Origin: Octopus sinensis
Taxonomy: Eukaryota
Assembly (NCBI RefSeq): GCF_006345805.1
Contig: NC_042997.1
Coordinates: forward strand, 28,334,001-28,398,000
Direction of reading: 5' to 3'
Length of the DNA stretch: 64,000 bases
Shown: one piece after another, positions 11,961-22,940 of the stretch
How positions within the stretch are numbered: the stretch's first letter is position 1
Layout of the letters: every line of letters starts with the position of its first letter
Position numbers and translations under genes: made by a program
Notes under the pieces: generated by a model
What the model saw: the letters and a program-made list of their open reading frames with translations, nothing else
Database searches by the model: none
What the model was told of the DNA's origin: nothing

Positions 11961-14660
11961 ATGGAGTTGTTCGAGATTGATGCGTCCCTTAAGGATATTC
12001 CTATACCACCAAAGAATGCCTTCCTCAAGGAATTGGTTTGCAGAACCAACGCATTCATAAACCGGATTAGATAGCTTGTTTTCGTTCATGATAACGAGGA
12101 TCTAAAACTGAACCGGGCAGCAACATCGTCCGAATATAGAGGGCTTTTTAAGTCGATGGACACACTGCCACCTAACCCAAGACTGAAGAAGTTTGAGGAT
12201 GACTTGTGGGACATCGTAAGGAGGATTAAGTTCAGGAAGTCACCCAGGAGAAATGAGCACCTCAGATACCTAGAGAAAGTTACTAAGGATATTAATAGGT
12301 CGGACGGAATCTTGGTCCAGTCGGACAAGACAAGGAACACGTATAAGTTACCCATTAGACAGTACTTAGATTTACTCGGAAAAGAGATCAAGAAGAACTA
12401 TAGAACAACAAATTGGAACACACTGAGAAAAGTAAACTTGGAGATTAAGAAAATAATGTTTAATTACGGAATTCAAATGAGAACACAGCCGCTTAGCCCT
12501 AAACAACCTAGATTCATAGTGAAGGACCACAAACCAAATTTCAACACCAACCCAGCGTTAAGACTCATATGCCCTGCTAGTTCCGACATCGGGACCATCA
12601 GTAAGTATATTTTAGATAAATATATCCCTAGTTTAGTCAATAAACTGAAGCTTAGCCTCTGGGCGAACTCCTCGCAGGTCGTGAAGTGGTTCTCTTCTAT
12701 CCCTAATAAGAACCGTACTAGGTTTATTCAGTTTGATATTGCTAGCTTCTACCCCTCGATTAACCCTAGTGTACTTAATAAGGCCCTGTGGCATGCACAT
12801 AATAAGGCAGGCCTCACTAGAGAAGAAATTGATATTATCCTAGTTGCCAGAAAATCATTTATAAAGTTTGAAAATAAGTTGTGGATTCGTAAAGATACTC
12901 CCAACGAGTTCGATGTGCCTATGGGTAGTTCAGATAGCGCGCAGATAGCCGATTTGGTCGGAATCTATATTCTCTACGAATTATCCGACCAATTCCCGGA
13001 TATTGGGGGCGGCCTATATCGTGACGATTGTCTGTTTTACCTGCAAAACACCACCAACAGAATCGTACAGAAAACTAAAAATAGGTTAGCTAGGTTCTTT
13101 AATAGAATGGGCATGAATATAGTTTTTGTTAATGAACTTACTAAGGCTAATTTCTTAGACGTCACACTAAACCTCCATAGCGATTCTTACTGCCCTTACT
13201 GCCTTCCACTAATTTAAAGTATGTCAGTGGCTTCTCGAATCATGCCAAAACTATAACAGACAATTTGGTTAAAAATATCTCTCTAAGATTGACTAATTTG
13301 TCCGCTAGTGCCGACATTTTTAGGCAGAAAGCGGGATTTTATAACGCCGCACTGTCTAAAGCCGGTTATAGGCAGAAGGTAGTATATATAGATCCAGCCC
13401 TTCCGATGCGGTCATCAGGATAGGGCAGTCTACAATAACATAAATAATTTAAGTAGTGATGAGAGCGGGGGGAGGGTCGGAACAAGTACTTCTGGAGTTA
13501 ATTTGGGGAACATAGATAATTTACGGTCCAGGGGAGACCATACTAAACCAAAACCTTTTATTCAATCTAGAAACACCCACCTTAATGTCAGAGCTGGCTC
13601 CCCGACCCATTACAAAAATAGGAATAAACATATTTGGTTTGTAATTCCCTGTGGTAAGCAAATTAGAACTAATCTACCCCTGCTGTTTCGCCAAGCCATT
13701 GCCAGTAACTTCCCCAGAAATTCCAAATATTACGCCACAGTTAACTCACACAAAGTTAGGATAGCTTTCTCTAACACAAAAAAGCTTTCCCAGATAATTG
13801 CCTCCCATAATAATAGGCTGCTTATTAAGACCCTATCACCCTCGTCCGGAGGCGCAGCTCCGTCTAATTCCAGATTAATGCGCAGTAGGAATAATAATAG
13901 TAATAATGATAATAGAGCCAGTACAGAGACTGGTATTCTCCATACCATCCAGGGAGTAAATAATAGGATTAATGATAGAAGAAATGGTGATGACACTAAC
14001 GTTAGTAATGGTAATAGGGAGGAGACCGCAGTTCGGGTCATTAATGTAGAGAGTCCTAATAGTAACGTTAGCAACGTTTCCGACATTAGTAGGTCCACGG
14101 ATATTAGCAATCACAGCGTTCTCAGTGATAGGGAATACACAGGGGATAGTCCGTTAAATAGTATTGATAACGAGGAGTATAATGTAGTAGGCTGCCGCAG
14201 TTCTCACAGTCATTATAGTAATAAGAACGCAGTATTAATATCAGAAGCAAATCCCAATAGAATAAGGTTTTTGTCTAGTAATTCCAAGATTAGAAATGCC
14301 ATTTACCAATGCAAGGTTTACGCGGATTCGGATGTCTACTTGTATGTCGGAGCTTCATCGTCAAAATTGGCCGTGAGAATATCGAACCACTTCACAACAT
14401 TTCGCGACGTTAATAAACATCAAGCGACAGGACTTAGCAAACTTATCTGGCGTTTGAAGAACGCGAATTCAGCATTTAGACTGGAATGGTCGATTTTATC
14501 GGTGTCTCTTCCGTTTGATAGAGGCAGAAGGATATGTAATCTATGTAACTCTGAACTTTTCCACATATTTTTCGCCAGAGGCCGTTTGGTAAACGGGCTT
14601 TTACAGACTGCTTTTCGATGTCCCCATTGGCGGCGTCATACGTTTCTTACATATAATTGA
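11961..14660 (+). pseudogene. PLE polyprotein: reverse transcriptase + GIY-YIG endonuclease, about 899 codons, disrupted
   Basis: ATG 11961 (SLKDIPIP), TAG at 12072, RT motifs DHKPNF..LRLICP, FIQFDIASFYPSI, FDVPMGSSD, GLYRDD, NFLDVTLNL; frameshift near 13210 and back near 13392-13420; EN motifs AIY...YVG, RISNH, CNLC..E, CPH. Confidence 0.92.
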
Positions 14661-14759
14661 TACCTAAGACAATTAACACCTTGATATCCTAATAAAAGAA
14701 TAAATGTTTGAAAAAATTTATTTTGAAAAAAATCTCTGAATAGATTTTGCAAGGGGAAA

Positions 14760-15425
14760 TTACTCCCCTTGGGCGATTGGTCGGTTTTTTAGAAGCAAGG
14801 ACAGGAATTACACGTCCCTGATTTTTGACGAGGTTAATTTAGACAAGCAGGCCACTGACGGACACACGAACACAGAATTATTTCAGCCGCCTGACCGGCT
14901 TCTTTCAGCAGTGCTCACTATTTCGCGCCCCTCGCCACCATACGGCCACGCATACATAGGCTTGCATACACGCACATGCATGTAGGTAGGTAGTTTCTCG
15001 CACCTAAATAAGACACCCTGAATTCTTAAAATATTCAGAGCATTAACTTTGGTTACACAGAATATCTTCACACCCCTTGTTTTCATTATTTCCTCACCTA
15101 CCAGATTTGACCGCGGCCTGACCTTGATTTATTCCAACGGACTTTTTTGTCGGCCTCCACCAACCCCCCGATTTCAAAGTACATTAAGAAACAGTTTACC
15201 CCACTTTATGGGCTCCTAGGGAGCGTTCTTGTTCGAGTTGCTTGCTGCGCCTTTGTTTTGTTCGGATATCGTAATTCCTGGATTTTCCTGAAGAGAAAGC
15301 TGCAATATGGTATCCTTATTCAATCAGAATTTGGAAATTTGTGGCCTTTGAAACATGTGTAGAATGTAATAAAAGGAATTCTGTAGAATCTTCGTTCAGC
15401 TCCATTTCTTCCATTCACTAATTAT
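14760..15425 (+). repeat. 3' pseudo-LTR
   Basis: 15306-15425 duplicates 11641-11760 directly; whole segment inverted at 10977-11640. Confidence 0.95.
15273..15380 (+). ncRNA. Candidate non-canonical hammerhead in pLTR (mirror copy 11021-11128, minus)
   Basis: CUGAAGA (15288-15294), GAAAC (15350-15354), GUA (15359-15361); distal stem I AAUUCCU/AGGAAUU 7 bp, proximal UUC/GAA; long imperfect stem II starting AAAG/CUUU. Confidence 0.35.
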
Positions 15426-15797
15426 ATATATATATTATATATGTATATATATATATATTAGAGCTGGCTACCTGCCGAGTTATCTGTATGGGACTGTTAT
15501 TATTGCGATACTACGTGTGGCGTAGAATAAATAGATTAATGAGGAGAAATATTTCATGGGTGGAAACGTTTATATTTGTATTAATGCGCTCTTACATGTT
15601 TCAAGATGATCTATACATGTGGGAATATCTCAACCCATTCATTAAATGTTGTTTATTATATCCATAATATAATTCGACATGCAGGTAAATTTAATGGTCC
15701 AAGGATACTATAAATGATATATAATAATATCCTATGAATGTCGGGTTGTAATCCAATAATAATACATTTCATGTGGAAATATATGCACGAATGCGTG

Positions 15798-15858
<61 letters not shown>

Positions 15859-16040
15859 TGTGGGTGGGTGTGTATATGAATATGTATGAGAAAAATTTAT
15901 AACATTCTTCAGACATAATGACTCAAATATATTTTTTTAACCTTTTACAACAAGCCTTCTGTAGTTTTTTCACTTTTTACTATTTTCTATATATATATAT
16001 ATACTTATATATATACATATATATACACATATATATATAC

Positions 16041-16100
<60 letters not shown>

Positions 16101-16102
16101 CA

Positions 16103-16134
<32 letters not shown>

Positions 16135-16911
16135 CATACATACATATATATACATATATATATATATATCAATGGGGAGTCAGAAAGAGAGGGACGTACA
16201 AGTATAGCAGAATTAATGTCTTTAATTCAAGCAATGACTCATGGATAATTGAAAGAAAGGAAAAGTGTTACTTGGAGGAAACACAACCCGAGGTAAAGGG
16301 ACGCTTTCAATACCATCAATATGTAATGTGTTTGAGTGCCTCGTACTAAAGTGTAATAGCATAGTTTCCAGAAGAACTTGAACACATTAAAATAATTAGC
16401 TGACGTCATTGTTACAAATATGTCACAGAGAAACTGTAATTTCAACTTCTGTGAAGTGAAGATTTTTACGCTAATCACGTTTGTTTGATGCAGAGATTAA
16501 AGAAGCTCTATAATCTAAATGAAGTTAAAAACAAATCAATAGAGTTCAAGTATTTATAAGACCACTGGTCCTAATATCAAAATAAAGAACTTTCACATGT
16601 TGATTGTTATTCCAATTCACACAACGAATCTCGTACTGCGAGACATTTTCTGACAAAAATAATTAAAAAATCACGAATTGATAGCGAAGTCTAAATTTAT
16701 TGAAGATAGTATTGAAGATAAAACCAAGTAGGATGAAAATAAAAGCACGTGAAATGTTTGCATGACTAAAACGGAAAGTGCTGTCAATAACAGCAGAAAA
16801 TGCATCATCGTTATCATGATTAACGTGTGATGGCATAAACAATTATAATTTCTCTTCCTTAAGCGTATACTTGTATTACAAATATATACATACATATATA
16901 TATATATATAT

Positions 16912-17059
<148 letters not shown>

Positions 17060-17063
17060 TATA

Positions 17064-17181
17064 TTGGCCTGCTTGCTTAGCCAGAGGGGTGGCGTCTTTT
17101 GAAGGCTAAAACAATGCGAAGCGCATTGAGACCAGTGATGTGTAGCAACATCTGATAGCCTGGTCGGTGACGTTGACGGTA
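17064..17181 (+). mobile_element. 5'-truncated SINE (family C) in (TA)n
   Basis: Same start point and body as 10023-10144. Confidence 0.75.
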
Positions 17182-18529
17182 ATATATATATATATAGATA
17201 TTTATGTATATTAACTATACTAAAAGAATTTCACATACATGCAAGAATCTACTCATCGAATTATGTGATAATGGGAAAATCTTATACCTTCATAAAATAC
17301 CGTGAGGTTGTATCCATGGAATTACGAATTTTTCTACAATCGTAGGCACATGTCCATTCCATTTCAAAAATTGTCGAAATTATGCATATACATATACTTT
17401 TTTGTTTGTATGTTTTTGTGTATGTGAGTGTGTGCATTTCTCTGCGTCAGTTTACACACACACACACACACACCTGCATACATATGCGCGCGCGTATGTA
17501 TGCAGGTGTGTGTCCTATTCTAATTTTCATTTTTTGAATATATTTGTAAGGAAGGATCTGGTTACCAATAACGATACAAAGTTCCTCCGTTGGAATGTAG
17601 ATATGAAAATCAAATCTACACACACCTCACGTACTTTTACTCTTCCCTTGTATTTGTAGTATATCTGTCAGTTGATTAATGTCTTGTCGTTAAATAGCCC
17701 CAGATTTTCGATTAAGCATTTACTTACAAAAACGTTTGTGTCATTTATCCTTGGTGTAAATGTATGTTTACAATGTGTTATCCACTTTTACGTAGCTTTT
17801 CGAAGAGGTATCTCGCCACCGATGTACATGATTTCTATGATGACACAAGCTTGTTTTTTTGTTTTTTTTTCTTTAATTATTATATCCGGACTGGTATGCT
17901 TGCATGTGCTAGAAGTTTTGATCGGTAAGTTTTTTAATCAATGTGCTAACAGGGAGATTCTCAATATTTTCCCCAGGTTATTTCTTGAATTCTCTTCCAG
18001 GTGCTTTCCTATTATGTAATTTTCAAACTCGATTGTGCATAATTTACTGTCAGTGTTGGTAAGGTATTCTTTCCTAACTACTTTTTGCCATGATAATTAT
18101 GTTTGTAAGTATGCATCTATGTATTTAAATATATGCCATAGAAAAATGAAGTAAACTGAACGAAAGAGGCTATGATATAAAGCGAATTTAAAATTACATT
18201 GAACTAGGCGCATGAGTGTCATGTTTAATATTATATTTTGGCTTTTCGTACGACTACATATTTCAAATAATCTATATTACATTTGAGCACAAATACATCA
18301 ATCTTTCTAATAACAAAGCAGAGGAAATTTCCTGCAAAATAAAATCCATAACAAATTGCAGGAAATTATTTTAGTCATATTTCTTTTTTACATTAAATAT
18401 CATTAAACTGAAAATTTGTTCTGCCGTGTGCATAAAAAATTAGCGCGCATCACTTTGTATAAGAAACATCCATTGAATATATGTGATTTAGTAAATGACC
18501 AACAGAAATTAGTTAAAATAGTTTTTTTT

Positions 18530-18890
18530 TATTACGGAGATGTACTCGCATAGCAAGTGATTTGATCTGAGATCGTGTGCTGGTACGAAAACAATTGCAG
18601 CGTGGAAGGTGTTTGTAAGCCATTTAAGAAGCACACAAAAGCCGTTCGATTCACATCAACATTTAAGTTTAATTTGTCAAAATATTTTCGTCGCTAAAAT
18701 CCGCGACCTGTTCACTGACAAGAATCCGTGCTGCACGGATCCGAGATGCAGCACGGATTTTTGTCAGTGAACAGGTCGCAGATTTTAGCGACGAAAATAT
18801 TTTGACAAATTAAACTTAAATGTTGAAGTGAATCGAACGGCTTTTGTGTGCTTCTTAAATGGCTTACCGTCCACGCTGCAATAGTTTTTT
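18530..18890. mobile_element. Fold-back MITE-like element
   Basis: Arms 18615-18735 and 18747-18867 (121 bp, 3 mismatches) around an 11-nt loop. Confidence 0.85.
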
Positions 18891-19475
18891 TATTCTAATA
18901 TGAATTTTTTCCCGACAATCACTGACTATCATTTTTTAAAGTAAAATTCGGCTAATTCTATAGAATGTTTGAGTGCACATTGAATTCACCATTAGTGTAT
19001 CATAAAAAAACTATAAAGGTAACTAAAATGGAAGAAGAATTCATTGCAGGTGCTATAGTTTCTCTCAAGATTACTCAAAATAAAGACATGTACGTGTGAA
19101 AGCATTGCAGATGGTTCAATATTTAAGTATCTATTTCAACACCAGCATATTGTTTGTTATTGTGGGATTGTGATTTGATTTCATTAAATTACATTACTTC
19201 TTCACCATATGTTGTTTTCAATTCCACAAATATAATTGCATTAAAACGTTCCTGGATTTCAATTTCCTATATTGATATCGATTCAACCAAATGGAATGGT
19301 ACGTTTCTAAAAATAAAAAAATACATATTATTTTGCGATTATCATTATGATGTTTACTACCTTCCATTAAATGCTATGAACTTCCCTACTATATGACAAT
19401 AACAGAATAGTTTCTGCATCTTCCGACTTGAATTTGGTTCAGAATTAAATATAATCTTTTATGGCACCATCGCTT

Positions 19476-20000
19476 CTAATAACGACACTGAGGACCATTA
19501 GTATTTCTTAGCATAGTAGGAGTAAAATAGATTAATAGTAATGTGCCCATATTACTGATTATCGGCCATGAGTTTGAAATGCTGAATTTTGGTGCGTTTC
19601 TAGGAAGAACACAGTAAAACATAGTTACGTTTCTGTATGGAATGGGTATTAGATATTCTATATTTGTTGCCGGTAATTGACTAAATGTTTCAATAATCTC
19701 GTTCACATTCCACATATATCTGTAATATAAGTTATATACATGGTTATGCAATGAAGCCAAACACAACGGCCGCAGTGGAGACGGAACCAATCTTACTAGG
19801 CTCAGAATATTTACAAATTCTTGTAAACAGCAACTTTCAAAATAGTATGTTAATTGAAAAATAAAAAAAAATAAAATACAAAAACGTTTCTGATTATCAA
19901 CTTCGTACACTCTGGTATAGAAATATATTGAGATTAAACATATATATGTGAATATATACAACAAATACAACGGCTGCACACGCGATTCAAACAGGACCAC
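19476..20000 (-). other. Unexplained 174-codon non-repetitive ORF, possible exon
   Basis: ORF track; not microsatellite-derived; no recognised domain. Confidence 0.2.
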
Positions 20001-20769
20001 TTACGTGAAATTGAAGTGAGTACAGTTTTTGCAAGGTAAATTATCCTATCCTTATTTAACTTATAGAAAGAAGGTCAAAATATGTAATGCACAATAGTAA
20101 AAAAAGTAAAATGATTGGACAATCTGTAGAAACAAACCATGTATGTGCAAGATATTTTTTTTATTCGTGACAAACATTGTTGTCATTCAATTGATTGTGT
20201 CACATGTAACCAGGTGTCATGACTTTTCCATTTCTTTTAGGCGTGCATGTATCGTAAGAAGAGATAGACATCCCATAGAAATTCCTTCACTTTACCTGCG
20301 AGAGCTGGTGAGAAAATGGCTGCAGCAGAATTAGGCTGTTACCCATTTTCTGCAGAGTGAACGGCAGAGTGATGAAATGAACTGTATCACGCAAAAGCAA
20401 AACATACCATACCATACAATCGTGGAGTTGAATCCATGAACTTATGATAATAGACCAGACCCCAACCGCTAGATTTTGCGACAGTTTATTGTGAAATATG
20501 GATATTTTTGCATATCAGACTACTTATACACCTGGTTCGTATTCTTAAACATCTTTTGATGCTAACAAAATGTGCATGTGTTACCAGATGCATGTGTTAC
20601 CAGTTGAACGCTTCGCATACCGAGTACTAGCACGTTTATGGGGTCATCAGGAGAGAATGCGCGCCGTTTCGGGGCCTTCTTGTCGACGGCATCATTGCAC
20701 ACTTGCCCCATTCAAGGAAATGATACCGCATCTGCTAGGTCAAATGGTTTTGTTCAATATTTTTCTATC

Positions 20770-21370
20770 TATTGTTCATCGTCTTCTTTTAGCCAAATCC
20801 AATGGCTTGCCTCCTTCATCGTTGTCTGGACATCACTCATGGTGGTATTTACTTTACAATGACTTAGGTCTAGCAACAGCAACAGCCACCTCACTCGGAG
20901 TTCAACTAATGCTCAACATTCAGGTGGAAAATACTTCACTTTTTAGGTTGCTCTCCACGTTCCAGGAGGAAGTTTTCATAACGGTCAAACCTTCGAGCCC
21001 GAGCGGCGTCCATGTTATCATCATCAGGAACTGTTAACTCGACTAGCTTTACCAATTTTTTTTCTTTTACACCAGATAATAGTATCCAGTTTCTTCGTAA
21101 CTAGAATCGGAAAGAATCCTTGGTACCCTGGTAAATCTGCAGGCACGTCCCTGTTGCCGTTCTGCTTTACATCATTGAAAGGAAGTTTCCTCTTCAAACG
21201 GATCTGCTATCCTGAACGCACGAAAGTAATGAAATATCCGGTTCGTTTATCCAGTGCCTTTTTGCCACTGCCGACGAGAGCAATTTGGTTCTTTACAGCA
21301 TTGAAGATGACCTTAAGGACCAAATCGTGTCTCCATGTATATCACACTTTTTATCCATCTGATACATACT
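20770..21370 (-). mobile_element. RLE-type non-LTR retrotransposon 3' remnant (HERO-like)
   Basis: YTWRHDLVLKVIF, FPILVTKKLDTIIW...LVELTVPDDDNMDAARARRFDRYE, ASHWIWLKRR across frameshifts. Confidence 0.7.
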
Positions 21371-22622
21371 TTGATTCTCTTAAAAATAGATTATTTTAAA
21401 TACGCTTGGATTTGAACCCAGAGTTTGAAGTGGTGAATATGGAAATAGTAGGCAGACAATGAGGTTACGTTCTACAACTTGTTTGTCAATTAAATAACCA
21501 TAATATTTTTGAAAATGTCGCGTAATTAAATGGAGTGTATTTCTCTGGTAAACAATTTAATCTTGTCCATATATATTTTCTAAATTCAAGTAAAATTACA
21601 AAGACTCCTACATTTTGTTGTTTTCATTCACATGGCATAATCAACAACACCGCATCACCAACAAGAGTGCCACCACCACCACCACCACGAAACACCCTCA
21701 CCAATCATCATCTTCATCTCGGTCATCAACATCAGGCAGCTATAGCTCATTAGTATCAGTTACTTTAGAATCAATTTTTTCCGCAACAATTGTCATCCTT
21801 CTTATCATTATTACTCGCATTAACTGAATCCTCATTAGCGTTATTAGGAATATTATCATCGATATCATCATCACCTGGATTATTAATATTACTAACATAA
21901 CTATTCCCAACTTATTAATCGTGGTGTCGTTACTGTCTTATAAATAATATGACTACAGAGAAAGACTTCAAGTATAATCACAACCATCCGTCCAGATCAA
22001 CACCCCCACTGTAAGTAAATAGTGCTATTATGATAATGTAACTACTACTACTACTACTACTACTAATACTACTACCACCACTACTACTACTACTACTGCT
22101 GCTGCTGGTGCTGCTGCAGTTGCTGTTGCTGTTGCTGCTGCTGCTGCTACTACTACTTCTAGGTGGAGAATCATTATGACCACTACGACAATGATGATGA
22201 GTAGTAGGGTTATAATTTGGGGGCTGGTTCTGTCCCTCCTACTATTATCATCACCACTACTACTATGACCACATCTCGCATCGATGCTACTAGTACTGCA
22301 ACACACCCATACGACTTACGAGGAAGAATCCGTCAGAAGATGTTCGATGACATGAATTTGTACTAAAAGAAACTGCTGTAATAAATAGTCAGTTCAATTT
22401 GGTTTATTTTGCCACTTCTTCTTTTGTGTGTATAATAGAAATCAGTAACAGGGGTTGATAAAATAGTTAGAATGTTGCCCTTTCTCTGATGATGTCCGCA
22501 AAGCGTATTTAACTCTGTTTCTAATATGTATTTACTCGGGTGAAACAAACTGACTTGTTAAAGAAATTCACATACACGCACACAACACACGCATAGTATA
22601 TTGTATATTATGTATTTGTTAA

Positions 22623-22940
22623 TGAAACCCCCTTCGGTTATGAATGACCATAGGATTGCACCTTCAAAGTTACCCTTCGAGGCATAAGTCCGGGCAAGGT
22701 TGTTTATGGAATGTCAGCAGTCGCCCATGCATACCAGCCTCCCCTGTCAACACCACTGTTGTTATCCAAGGGAAAGGCAAACGCCAATACAGCTTGGCAC
22801 CGGTGACATCGCAACTCATTTCTACAGCTGAGTGAACTGAAGCAACGTGGAATAAACTGTCTTGCTCAAGAACTCAACAGACAGTCCGGTCCGGGAATCG
22901 AACTCACAACCTCGCGATGGTAAGCTCGACGCTCTAACGC
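22623..22940 (-). mobile_element. tRNA-derived SINE (family D)
   Basis: GAGTTCGATTCCC B box, TCTTGAGCAAGAC..TTTATTCCACGTTGCTTCAGTTCACTCAGCTG central block shared with 1-222. Confidence 0.75.

Larger units (their letters stand above)
10821..15425 (+). mobile_element. Near-complete Penelope-like retroelement (C-terminal GIY-YIG type, probably Hydra clade) with inverted 5' pseudo-LTR
   Basis: RT + GIY-YIG ORF; 10977-11640 = reverse complement of 14760-15425; 10821-11097 = reverse complement of 11641-11917; both ends abut (TA)n. Confidence 0.95.

Noticed and set aside
12072-12074. Selenocysteine recoding as in some Naiad PLEs
   Set aside because: The stop is TAG, not TGA, at an expected Trp, and the endonuclease is C-terminal.
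13730-14110. Hydrophobic antisense ORF as a membrane protein
   Set aside because: Mirror of the Asn/Ser-rich sense linker (AAT/AGT read as ATT/ACT).
17860-17920. PDIIIK..IIEI on the minus strand as an RLE domain
   Set aside because: Only a short match with no flanking CCHC or RT motifs.
19029-19091. MEEEFIAGAIVSLKITQNKD followed by GTACGT as a first coding exon
   Set aside because: Short, weak donor, no supporting downstream exon; could be chance.
20640-20680. GAAAC...CTGATGA on the minus strand as a type II hammerhead
   Set aside because: The would-be stem II strands are both CCCC and cannot pair.
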